DNA of 61,520 nt, the filler included, from Rhabdomonas costata (taxonomy: Eukaryota), in assembly GCA_019059605.1 (NCBI GenBank). It is 24 parts of 24 records of this genome, joined end to end, with 100 filler letters (N's around TTAATTAATTAA, not from the genome) between each part and the next. Parts side by side here need not be neighbours in the genome. Positions count along the whole stretch, not along the records: positions 35,977 to 38,442 come from JAHMHO010003275.1; positions 38,543 to 41,011 come from JAHMHO010003276.1; positions 41,112 to 43,576 come from JAHMHO010003277.1; positions 43,677 to 46,130 come from JAHMHO010003278.1; positions 46,231 to 48,698 come from JAHMHO010003279.1; 19 more parts are not named here. One strand, written 5' to 3'. The stretch's first letter is position 1. Each line of letters opens with the position of its first letter. The position numbers were made by a program, and so were the translations under genes. Below are positions 36,239 through 47,720 of this stretch, piece by piece. The notes under the pieces were generated by a model. That model had not been told where the DNA came from. It searched no databases and saw only the letters and a program-made list of their open reading frames with translations.

Positions 36239-38859
36239 CCTGTGGAAGTGGCCGTTGGCCACACACCATCTCCCTGCCGCCACGCATTCCCAGAAAAGAA
36301 ATCGTAAAAAAAATAGTGCCCTGGAATACGAGCAGGAAGTGGCATCACACCACAGTCATTGTCGTCCGTGACCCAGACGGTGTTCGGGCAACTTTGACTG
36401 AGTGCTGAGCTGCCGCGAAGAATGGCTGTGTCTTACTCCCTCCATGGCTGTGCGTGCGGGCGAGTTCGGCTCTCTCGCAGTTTGTGAGGAAGCGGTGTGT
36501 GCGCTGCAAGGATGTGGCGGTGGCCGGTGCTGAAATACTGGAAGCAGCCTCTGTTGAAAGGCTGCGAGCGATTTTAAAAATGAGCTACACGTTTGTTGAT
36601 GCAGTCGACACGATAATCCAGATTCTGTGTTTTGTATAAATGAGGACACAGATTTTTATCGATTTCCTCGCCACAGAATGATGATGCGGCTTAAGAAGGC
36701 AAATTGAGCCACAACTTTGTCAAAAAAGTTCGTTTTCCAAGTCCGTAATCGAAAGGTGGGTATGATTTCGACCTGGTGTCACCGCGGAACCCTTTGCAGA
36801 TCATTTTGTATCTCTGTGTGATTTGAGTGGATTGTCGTGCAGAGGTCTCTGTGTCTGCGAGGAATCTCGGAAACACGGCCAACTTTGTGGTTTGCTCCGA
36901 GAACCTACTGTGCCCATGTTCGTGATGTTCCCGATTTCCGCTGCAGCTGAAATGGAGTGGTTCTGGGTTCTTCCTGCCTCAGCACTAACCACGTTCCACA
37001 ACCTAACGGGAACACCAAGAGAGGAGGGCATGGTCAGATTGGTACCACGATGGCAGGAACCAGGCGCTGGAACCAGGACCTGATATCCTGTAGCTTTGCC
37101 TGACCCGAACAAAGACAAGGTGCACTCAGGACACGTTTCTGGACAGGAACGGGTTAGGTTAGGAGAATAGCGGCCACAAAGCACAAACAAATGGTCAGGG
37201 GAAGAAGTCGCCAGACGCGCAACAACGAGAAAACCGTGCGTGGAGAAAAACACCTCACCCCACCTCCAGCTAGAAAGAAAAAAGAGTAGGCAAGTTTTTT
37301 TGGCCTTAGCTTGTTTTCGGTGCCGGGGGCGTGGTTGCGTTTCATGCCTCGGGCTGGCCGCTGGTTTACAACATTGGTTTTAGAACTCTCTACGCCCTAC
37401 GGCGCTGTGCCGCGCAATAGGCGCAATACCATTGGGCGCATCCCTGCCCTGGGGTGGGGCGCATCGGGTGCCACGGACGCATTGTCGTGATCCGGCTGGT
37501 GCGCTTGATTTCCGTCTCGTCGTCCCGGCTTGGGTTGGCGCTAGTCGACGGGGCCTTGCGGCTTCAACACGCCGTCCGCCTGCTTCGTTGCTCCGCCCTG
37601 CCCTGCACTTCACTCGGGATGTTTCGAGGGCTCCCCGCCCACCCGTCTCAAAACATTTATGTCACAACCGCAAGCTTAAAAATATGCTAAACTGGCCCCG
37701 CGACATTACATATAACAATAGCTCGCTCCCATCCCGTTGTTCCAACTTGAAATCAGTTGACGTGTGAAAGTTTGGGCCCGCGCCAAGCTTGAAAGGCAAA
37801 AAAATGGATGACACCACAAAAAAAGGCGGCGTTTACCGGGACCGGGGTTGTAGAATCACGCGGGGACTGTTACAAGGTGCTATTCCTATGATCCTGCCGG
37901 ACCAATTGAAAGAAAAGGCAATCCACCCGCCAAGTACCATCTCATTTTTAAACGTCGATCGGGAAACATTGCCCCACACCAACTCTTTTTTACATGGCGC
38001 ACATGCCAATGAAAAACAAAACTAACGAGGGGAAGTTCGGCGCTTTGCAGGGAAAACAGCACCCAATACGCAATGCAGAAGTAAATCGTGCACAAAAAAC
38101 CGATGGACGTCGGCGTCCGGGCGGGCGTCCCCACTCCAGTTCGACAACGTCACCTGTGCGAAGCGCTTTCTCATTTCTATTCTGTGATTGCCTTTCCAAA
38201 GCGCGCTTGTCACACCATTTTTCATTGCACGTTTCTTTAAACTTACATTGTTGAGCCTCAGCTCTGCTGAACCTTTCCACTTTAACGCATTCGACCTAAA
38301 CTTGAGCACACTTAACATCACACCCCGCTGATATCCTGGCGTTTCAGTGATTCTCTTATTTCTCTCAAAAATACGAAACAACTGCTCTTGAAAATGTGAT
38401 AACTAACTGTCCTGAGCCGTTGCAATTTTCTTCCAAAACAAANNNNNNNNNNNNNNNNNNNNNNNNNNNNNNNNNNNNNNNNNNNNTTAATTAATTAANN
38501 NNNNNNNNNNNNNNNNNNNNNNNNNNNNNNNNNNNNNNNNNNGTTTTTTTGTCGCACAAGGCAAGCAGAAGACGCTTAATTAAGCCATTGAGTTGGGTTG
38601 GGCGGTCCATATGCGCCAGAAATCGCCTGGAAGAGCTAGGTCGAACAAGCGAACTCGAAGCTACTTATCAAGATTCACGAAAAGCTCGAATTTTTCTCCA
38701 GTGATGCAGTAAATTTCATCACAGGTCAAAATTGAAAGTTTCTCTAAGAGAAACAGAACCGGTGGCAACAGCAAACGTCAGAGAATGCCCACTGTAGACA
38801 GCAGTCGGCCTTCTGCATCCACCATCTGTTTGATGAATGATGCAATGGAACGAGCATCA

Positions 38860-41011
38860 TGACGACACGTGATCGAAAGAACGCACAGAGAAGGAGACAC
38901 GAACATGAGCGTAGCGATTATGAGAGTTAACATACAGTGAACATGAACAAGAGTAGCGCAGCAAAGACTGTGATTGTGAACCGTGATCAAGAGAAATTGC
39001 ATACTTAGAACTTGTGAACATGAGACACGAACGCAGTGAGAGTCGATTGTGAACCGGATGAACAGGAGAGAACATCGTGAGCTAGTTTGAAGACTGAATA
39101 CACCATCAGAGGAACATGATACACGAGCATCGAGAGAGTAGAGTGTGACGTCAAGAGTGAGGAACATGAACAGGAGGAACACGACCGTAGGGAGTGTGAC
39201 GAGTATGAATGTGACGACCCACTACATCAACACTTTCCCTTACAGCTATTGTCCTGCGGAGCCCTCTCCATTCAATCTACCACTACATCATCAACACTTA
39301 AACTCAGGAGTGGTAATTAAACTGCGTGGGTGAAAGTGGTGGTTTTCATCCAGCATCACCGTTACGCCCTCTGTGTCGATGGGTGGTTGGGGTGAAAGTT
39401 GTGGGTGCGTGCTTCGGCCTCTCTCTATGACACTCCTGTTGCTAGTGTAACGTCTCTCCTTCCACGTATCGCTGCGGGTTGGTGGACATCGCTCCATCAC
39501 CACAGAAGGCATAGGGTGGAATGCATGCATAACATTACTCTACCCCTGAGATAAGGCAACAGTGACAGTGGGTGTGGTGGTTCGAGGCTTCAACGATACT
39601 TGTATCTAATCTCGCTCCAATCTTCTCCGCGGTAACTTCGCGTTGCTGGGCGTACTTGGCTTGGATGTGCCAATGCCCATCACCAATAGGATGACAGTAC
39701 ACACACAATACGCTCCAACACCTCCTTCGAAACAAAACGCGGTGAAACTCCTACGCATCAAGAGAAAACATCAGGCAATCGTGGTATGCCCTGACACCAC
39801 ACCTCGGAGGATGGAAACCACAGCATCGTACATACAACAGGACATGCCCCTACTGTGCTCTCCACAAAACCGGAAGTGGTTGGCTCAACATCAACATCGT
39901 GTCACGATAACTGCATCCAAGGTTGTGTGTACCAGTGATGATTATGCTATGACCGTTGTTGAAGCCGTCATGAAATTCAGAGTCCACAACACCATCATGA
40001 CACAATGCAGAGGATTGAAGTGGTTGTTACGCCACTACTAGATGCAGATGGTTGGATGCCATGGCTTTACCACAACATGAAATCACCCTTTGAAGCGGAT
40101 GACTGACAGGGTTGTAACACCCATGCCTACTAAACAAGAGATGACACAATGCCAAGGCCCATAACACAACATCACCACACTCAAAGCGTAGTATTGACAG
40201 GGTTGTGACACCACTACCCACACAATGATGTGTTGAAATTTATGCCTGGTTGACCACACCCAAATGCTGGCTTGGTACATTACACACATAGAGGCTCAGT
40301 GTTACCCTTACGCTCTATGCTACGACCTACGCCAAGACAAACACCATGAGTCATCACACACACGGATACACTACTAATATGGTAAGCACACACTAAGTTG
40401 GCATATACGCATATATACTGTTGTACCGATGGCCATACAACAGTTTCCTACAACACTGCTGTACCCTACTACTGCTATGGTTTCCAGTGCTACCACGACA
40501 GCCTCGGTTTTACCATACCACGAGCTACCATGGTGGGTGAGGAACCATAACTTAAGCTACGGCTACACGTGGGATGCGGGATGGCGGTACTAACATCACG
40601 GCCTACTACCAGTTTTGTGCTTATCCACCATGCGTAATGTTGTAGATGAGGTCATACCACCTTTGCCACAAGCGTGAAGTGATGACATGACTCGCCTCAC
40701 CATCCGCCAGACTCACAGGCGTAGATGTAGGACTTGAGTAAGGATACACTTACCGTTGATCCAAAGCCGTAAACTCTTGTAACAACACCCAAAGTCAGAA
40801 TCCAAGAGTACGTCGACAACACGAACAGAACCATAACCAACGCCAACGCTCACCAACCACCCCACACGATACAAATCAAGAGTACCACGCCCAACCACAC
40901 ACAAGCATGCCGCTAGAAGATGGCAAACAAACCATGACCCACAGAACTCCTCCACCGACATCCACTCCAACTCACGCGAACCAAAACACACCAAGCTACA
41001 CACATCACGAT
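38860..41011 (+). pseudogene. Decayed coding/repeat sequence with apparent CpG-deamination signature
   Basis: No exon structure, many stops, CA/TG-rich. 38860-39220 reads as a degenerate Glu/Arg-rich repeat. Origin unrecognised. Confidence 0.45.
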
Positions 41012-41111
41012 NNNNNNNNNNNNNNNNNNNNNNNNNNNNNNNNNNNNNNNNNNNNTTAATTAATTAANNNNNNNNNNNNNNNNNNNNNNNNNNNNNNNNN
41101 NNNNNNNNNNN

Positions 41112-43298
41112 TGGGGAGAAGCGCTGCAGTACGGCGTCCCCGTTCACAGTGGGAAACCCTGAGCCATGCAGGTACGGCCCGTGCACCTCCAAGGGGGTGG
41201 TGGAGTTCGCCTGAGGATTTGGCAGGAAGGTCGCTCCGGGCAGGGGAAGGGAGGAGAGGGAGGAAACCCCCTTGGCCCAGCCGCTGCCCCAGGGGCTGGC
41301 GGGCCATATCGACCGTGAGGCGTCTTCAGCCACAACAGTGGGAATCACGAACGTACGGACAAGGCCGATGGCGTCGCACTCGTTGCACCCCGCCCACAGC
41401 ACGATGGAGGGATGGGAGCACAGGCGGCGAACGTTTTGGCGAAGCTCATCGGCTGAAGAGAAGCATGGCGCAACCCGTCGCCGAGGTGGATGAATACCTC
41501 AGTCAGAAAAGTGAAACACACCAAACTATAAAAAAACCAGATAAGAAATTAAAAACAAAAAGAAGAGCCAGCTCTCATTGGGAAGCGATCCGCTCGGCGA
41601 TCCTGCTGGTTCCGTTTTTGCACTCAGACACTGTACTACTTTCGATGCAAACTGTTCTGTGCACATTGAGCCATAGGGGGCAAGAACAAAAACATTCATT
41701 AGTGTCGTGAGGGTGGGGATGGGGTGGCCCAACCCTGAGATGGTGAAGCAGAGGGAAGGTGCCCTTCTTCAGAGCTGTACATCATGTCCTGTCAAAATGG
41801 CAGAAAATGAAAACAGTATGAGAGAGGCCGAGCAGAAGATAAAGTGTGAGACACAAACGACGACAAAATATGCACCAAAACCACATCTCTAAAGTTGTGG
41901 GGGGCGAGCAGGTGCCTGGCTGGGGACATTGCCTTAGCGCGCAGGATCTGCCGGAGCCTTGTTCCGCTGTGAAACTTGAGATGAAGGCTCACGGAAACGT
42001 CATACTCGGGACATGGTATTTGCAACGGCTTTCCGCCCACTTTTCATTGACACAATTTGACTTTGAAATAGGGGGACTTGAATCAAAGGCCACACGGCAG
42101 TAAACATCGAACCTGGTAGACCATCAGGCCGAGCTGGTCGCATGTGTCGTAGAACTCGTCGGACATGAATACGCCTCCGCCCCAGACCTAAAAGGAGAGC
42201 GACAAATTCCGGCACGCAGTATTTTCGAAACCGGTACGGGAATGGGAAGGAAGGGAGGGAGAAAAGCGTTTGGGAAAGTTGTGTCGACCAAAGGGAAGCA
42301 CAGCGCTGCACGTGACTTAAGCAACTTTTGCTGAGGAACCCAATTTATTTATTAAACGCGATTGCATCAGAACTTTGCCCATTGTTTGAGACCCAACAAA
42401 TTCACAGGTGTTTGGTGTATGCACGTTCTCTCTCTCCACAACCACCAACCACCAAACAAAAAAAAGCTTCAGAACTTCTTTAGACGAATCCAGAACGGAC
42501 ACAATGCAATCGGTTCGATCCACCATTATCTCGTTCAGATCACGACAACACCGGTTTTCATTGACTGACAACATTCATGGAAGAAAAACGATACAAGAGG
42601 CTCTTCCGGTGCTACCATTTCTTCCGTGTTACGAGGTTGGTGAGGGAGGAATTCGGGCATTGGCTGGGTGGGCGCAGGGATACTGACCCTCAGAGTATTC
42701 ATGTTGGCCTGCACGGCGCTGTGCAGCATCTGGCGCTCCGCCGCGGCACTACGGCGTCCCTCCAGCTCCTCCATCGGCACCACGTTCGCTCCGCGGGCCC
42801 ATACTGCGACCCCGTTGACCCGCAGGAACATCCCGTGGCTCGCACTGCCCTCGGCAGCCCTCGCGCCCGCCACAAAGTCGGGATTGCTGTCGTTACCTTT
42901 GCGGGCGACAAATTTTCGGAGCAAGCACAATGACAGCTCCCCCCCTCGAAACACGGCGATGATCTCCTGGCAACCTCCTGGCAACCTTCTGGCAAAACCT
43001 CAAGAGAGTCCCCCCTCCCGGTAGATACGGCAGAGGGTATCCAGGAATGATCCTTTCCCATCGTTCCACTCAGGAGAGGAGGGGGATGACGTTGGTAGGC
43101 CTCCCTCACTCGCCACTGCCTTCTTCCCTTCTTCAACAGACCAGTGACCAGGGCAACGAATCGGAAGCCGATCTTCCGGGCGGCGTGCACTTTCGCTGGC
43201 CTCCCACCCTCCCGTGGACCAGTAGAGGGCTGGAAAGAGCACTTCAGCTGGAAGAGGGGCTGCCCACCCAGGCCTGCAGGCCACCAGAGCCGAATGTC
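41112..43298 (-). CDS. Glycoside hydrolase family 2 beta-mannosidase (partial, 5 exons)
   Basis: Exons 43298-43142, 42896-42688, 42187-42113, 41788-41734, 41452->41112: [12 protein letters not shown]...KIGFR...[16 protein letters not shown]...[36 protein letters not shown]...[17 protein letters not shown] (acid/base Glu intact). Confidence 0.95.
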
Positions 43299-44356
43299 CT
43301 GAACGGAACAAGACAGTCCCAGGTGTAAACCGTTTAAGTTCACAGAGGTAAACGGTCTCATTTTGGATGACCGAAACCTACCGAAAAAAGCCATTCCTTA
43401 CCCCACCACCCTTCAGCAAACCGCATACTCCACGGAAGCGATGGGAAAAAAGGAATGCCGTAGTCGCGGCCGTATGGCAACCCAGGAGCCCCAGAGACTT
43501 AGGTGTGCTGCAAAACGTGCCGCTGCCTCCACAGAAAAACGGCTTTTAAATACAGGGGAGCCGCGGCCCAGTCCCCNNNNNNNNNNNNNNNNNNNNNNNN
43601 NNNNNNNNNNNNNNNNNNNNTTAATTAATTAANNNNNNNNNNNNNNNNNNNNNNNNNNNNNNNNNNNNNNNNNNNNAAGAAGAAGCTACTCCTAAGAAAT
43701 CCCTAAGGCCCTACTCCAACGGTTTGGTTATTTAAGCCTTAAGTAACTGGACACCGGAGCCTGAGTTGGACCCGTTGGTGTTTCTGTTGCGGATGCTCCT
43801 CCGTCTCATTCAACCGCCCACGCGAGGCGAGAAATAAGAACGAAATGGGACGTCCTGAGCGAAGTATAACATGCTCTCGAAAAGGAGGACGCGGCCGGTT
43901 TCTGCCCCGCCCCCCCTATGAATGCAAGAATCCATCCAGTACAGAGGTCGTCCCATTTTCACCCCTCGTACTCCTTACAAATCCAACACTACACTACTCA
44001 ACGTCTTCGAAGACCAGAGCTAGTAAGACAGTCTTATTGAAATATTTTAGCATATGCTCCATTGTATTAGTGATGCTGCAAATGTTTTCAAACTCTCCCT
44101 CTTGGGTTCCCCGCACTGATGATGACCCTTTGTTGCTTTTCCCCAATGCAATGACCCTGGATGGCAATCAAAGATACTTTTGACCATATCCCGTTGCGCT
44201 TTTGGCAATTTATTACGACCCATTTGATCTCTGACCGAAACTTTGCGGATCTGTTCGATTGTGGGGATTTCATACACGACTCAGGTCCCTCAAAGTTGTC
44301 GCTGGCAATATTCTCACCAGTCTTCTTTTAATCTTTCCTTTCCAATCCGTCACACA

Positions 44357-44851
44357 ATGGAAGCGTCTGGCGTATCCCCAAAAGTGATGGTCCCTCCTCA
44401 CACAGGCGCCTACACCCGGCGTCGCCCATGCCCGCTTAGGCTTCCTCCCAAAGCCGGCGTGCTCCTGCGAGCCCCCGCCCCGCGCTCCGCGCCCATCCCC
44501 ATCCCTGGCAAGAGGGTCTCTATGTGCCTTCCCGCAGACGAAAGTGGGCCCTCCTCGAGGGTCCTTCCGCACACCCCGGAGGCCGTGATTCATCCCGACC
44601 CCAAGGGGGGCCCCCCGAGGAAGGATCCGCTGGGAGCCATCCCAGGAGTCTCTGTGGTGTTCTTCTTGGAGGAGGAAGGGTGGGCGGTGGGATGGCCATC
44701 CAGGGGCCGGTACGATACGGAGAGTTCCGCAGCCGCCCAGAAAGGTGATGTGGGTGACTTCTCGAGGTCCCCTCTGCCAGTCCAGCTGCGGGAGAAGCGT
44801 GGGGCCTTGCTCGGACAAGCCCGGGAATGGGACGCACCGCTGACCGGGTGA
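44357..44851 (+). CDS. Possible intronless Pro-rich hypothetical protein (164 aa)
   Basis: GC-rich island starting at an ATG after a pyrimidine tract and ending at TGA; no family motif recognised. Confidence 0.4.
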   Translation: MEASGVSPKVMVPPHTGAYTRRRPCPLRLPPKAGVLLRAPAPRSAPIPIPGKRVSMCLPADESGPSSRVLPHTPEAVIHPDPKGGPPRKDPLGAIPGVSVVFFLEEEGWAVGWPSRGRYDTESSAAAQKGDVGDFSRSPLPVQLREKRGALLGQAREWDAPLTG

Positions 44852-46344
44852 AGGTCTTTATTTTAATGCGGTTCATGGGTTGTGGCCATAATCATGACCG
44901 TGGTATCGGTGGTATCGGATTCTTGTCGTGCTCGTTGCTCTGCAGCAGGGCCACATCATGGGCATCAGTGGACCACGTGCTGAGATCTCCAGTGCTCTCG
45001 GTTGGTTCAGCCGATTATACCCGTGCCACTTTAAAATTGAGAGGATAAAAAAGTCTTAACAGAATGTTACCGTTTGGACTCAGTGGTGATATAGGGATAC
45101 TAGAAAAGTCCCATTAAAGTAGCCATGTCAACAGAGTTGTTGCCTGTGCTATGGAAGCTCCTAAGTTGACGCTTCTTTTGTTTGAATATACCGATGTTTT
45201 TCCGATGTGTGGGTGATAGCCTGGTTAGCCTGGTTCTTTGTTTATCCCTGTTGACGTGGCTTGGGTCATACTTTCTGGGATTAACCACCAAGATGTGTTA
45301 TTGTGTTCCGGCGAAGTCTCAACAGAAACGCGCCTTAAAAAAAGCTGAGCCTGCTGGCGCAATTTTGCCTCTTTTGAATAAGGCTGACGAGCTTACCTCC
45401 CTCCGACAAGGAAATATACTTTCTGGCCGCAACGCCCGAAGGTAAACTTGTCGAAAACAAAAATCAGAAGCCCGGTTTCTCTCGACTGGGCCTTACCGGA
45501 ACCTTTTTTTCTGGGGGTGGAAAGGGATCTGAGTGTGCGAAAGTGCTTCAGCCCATTTCTGGATGCATAGTATCAAGCGGGGTTAGTTCTCGTGCTCACC
45601 TCCCGGAGTTCTCTGTGATTCTCTGTTGCTTGTCAATCAGGTCACCCCCCTTGGCTCTCCGTGAAATGCTCGAGTGAAGGTCGTGAAGGATGGAAGGAGG
45701 GCAGTAATGGATTGGGCTCCCGCTTTACCTTGGAAGGTGCTCGAGTCCTGGTGACTCGCTCTCCGGGAAACATTGTGTGCGCATCTCTTCATGCATTCCA
45801 ACTCGTGGGTGTGGGGTATGGGTGTGTGTAGTCCCCACGCTGTGCGCAGATGAGCTTAGTCTGCTCTTTTGGTGTTTTTTTTTGGAGACTGATGATTTCC
45901 TTTGCTTTCTGGTTGTGCTTGGCTCCTGGTGATCTCCAACCCACAGGTGCGGTGACCTTCAAGCGAAGTGCTCTCTCGCACCGATTCCTAAGACATATGG
46001 GAGAGGTTATCTGCAGGCCTTCCAGAAAAAGCGCGTGTTGTTCAGTCTCTCATTTGTCTTTCAGTGTTGCCGCTCGTGTTCGTGCACTTTCTCTCGTTCA
46101 TTTTTTCAATCCCCAAACCCCCCCCACCCCNNNNNNNNNNNNNNNNNNNNNNNNNNNNNNNNNNNNNNNNNNNNTTAATTAATTAANNNNNNNNNNNNNN
46201 NNNNNNNNNNNNNNNNNNNNNNNNNNNNNNACTGATTCATGTGCGAAGGCCAGCCGCCGCGGTGGGTAGTCAGCGGCCGAAGCGGGGGGTTGCCGGGAAG
46301 TGCTCGTGGGTACAGTGAGCTCTGGAAGAGTGGCCCGCATTTCT

Positions 46345-46434
46345 GCAGTGCGGGGTTTGAACCCAGTGAGTTCCAACACATACACTTTTAAAATCGGACT
46401 ACGAATACCCACATCGTCTTAAGACTAGTGGCTA
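46345..46434 (-). pseudogene. Degenerate tRNA-like / SINE-head relic
   Basis: Minus-strand T-arm/B-box GGGTTCAAACCCC (46364-46352) with a loose A-box-like TAGCCACTAGTCTTAAGACG about 70 nt upstream; no complete cloverleaf. Confidence 0.25.
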
Positions 46435-46904
46435 CAAAATAGGACATTGTTTATAACGTTGCGGTCTGTGGTGTCCCTACTGTTTTGGGAATGCGGAAGG
46501 TGTGCACTATAGTATGGGATAATATAGTTGTTTAATTCTTTTATTTTTTTTGCTTTTGTTGTCTAATTGAACAACATTCATGGTACAAAAGATAAGAATT
46601 TCGACACAAAGCAGCAGGTTGGCTTCCGGGTTCCGGGGTTGGGGGAGGGAGGGGGGTGCAAACAATTTATGACAATAGTATACCAACGTAAAAGTGCCCG
46701 TTAAAGTGCGCTGCTTCCCACTAATACACAACGACGCAAAATCGGGCTGCAACACGTACAAGGAGAACTCATCAAAATCCTTTCCAGCAGCAGGTGCAGC
46801 TAACCCCTCCTACGATTGGAGCGAGTCGCAAGTTCGGCACAGGGTTTTGCTGGGTGGTCGCAGGAAGGTTTCGAGCGGGTTCAAGCCAACCTAGGGGGCA
46901 TGCG

Positions 46905-47720
46905 CGCACTTCTTCCCCTGGAATTCGAGGTATTCCGCTAGTCATTTGGTAATCACTCCCAGAATGCTTCTTAGCCTGCGTCTCGGATATTTTCAACCTG
47001 ATTGAGAAAAGAGGCACTTCCGGACGAGATGCTGCGTGCCCACGTTACTTTGATCCCTAAGCTTCCGGTGGAACCCGGCCCAGGACCAATGCCCCATCAC
47101 GGTGCTGGACGTGTTGTACCGTGGGTCAAGGGTACTATTCCGTGCTGGGCCTAGGTATTGCAGGGCTCGTACTTTTGTGATCCTTTTGTCCTTTTGTGAT
47201 GTAACCGACTGCTCCTGACCGACGCCCTCGAGCTCCAGCGGCTACGCGGAAACCCTCTATGGCTCGTCAAATTTGACGTTGCCAAATTTTTCCCTCCCTT
47301 CAATGGTGGGCCGTCTTTGGGGTAATGGAGGAGCCAGGCATACCCACAGTAGTGATCCCGTGCTTTCAGCATTTCTGCACTTCTTCAGAACGATGGGTCA
47401 AATTGGACTATTGCCAACGGGTTAGCTAGGGCTGCCTGTCCACTGACCTCTTGAACCTCCTCTTCGAGCCCTTCCTGGCTGGAGCTCAGCAAATAGGTGT
47501 GCTGATGGATGACTTCCACCTCGCATCCAGCAGTTACGCTGATGGCGTGTGCCTGCCTGCTCGCTGGTCAAACAGAGATGCAGTGTTTGTAATGAGCGGA
47601 TATGTGCACCAACAACTCTTCCAGGTAGAAGAGAAGCAGATGTGCTGGACGCTTCGTTGCTGCGATCCTCTCTTTTCAGTTAATTTAAGCAGGCAAACTG
47701 ACAAATTTTCATGACCAGAC
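46905..47720 (+). mobile_element. Decayed non-LTR retrotransposon reverse transcriptase
   Basis: Ordered RT motifs across frameshifts and stops: SPGIRGI (~46914), TLIPK (~47047), PITVLDVLYR (~47093), LVKFDVAKFF (~47263), GLA*GCLSTDLLNLLFEP (~47418), YADG (47535). The element probably continues to the contig end. Confidence 0.8.

Noticed and set aside
37380-37640. GC-rich stretch as a structured ncRNA or exon
   Set aside because: No tRNA, snoRNA box or snRNA motif, and no convincing splice-bounded frame.
39230-40100. DIRS-like RT/RNase H motifs in the decayed contig
   Set aside because: Manual translation gave no ordered, convincing motifs.
41213-41270. Possible short intron in the beta-mannosidase gene
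   Set aside because: Read-through is in frame and looks like plausible family sequence (GVSSLSSLP); cannot be called without transcripts.
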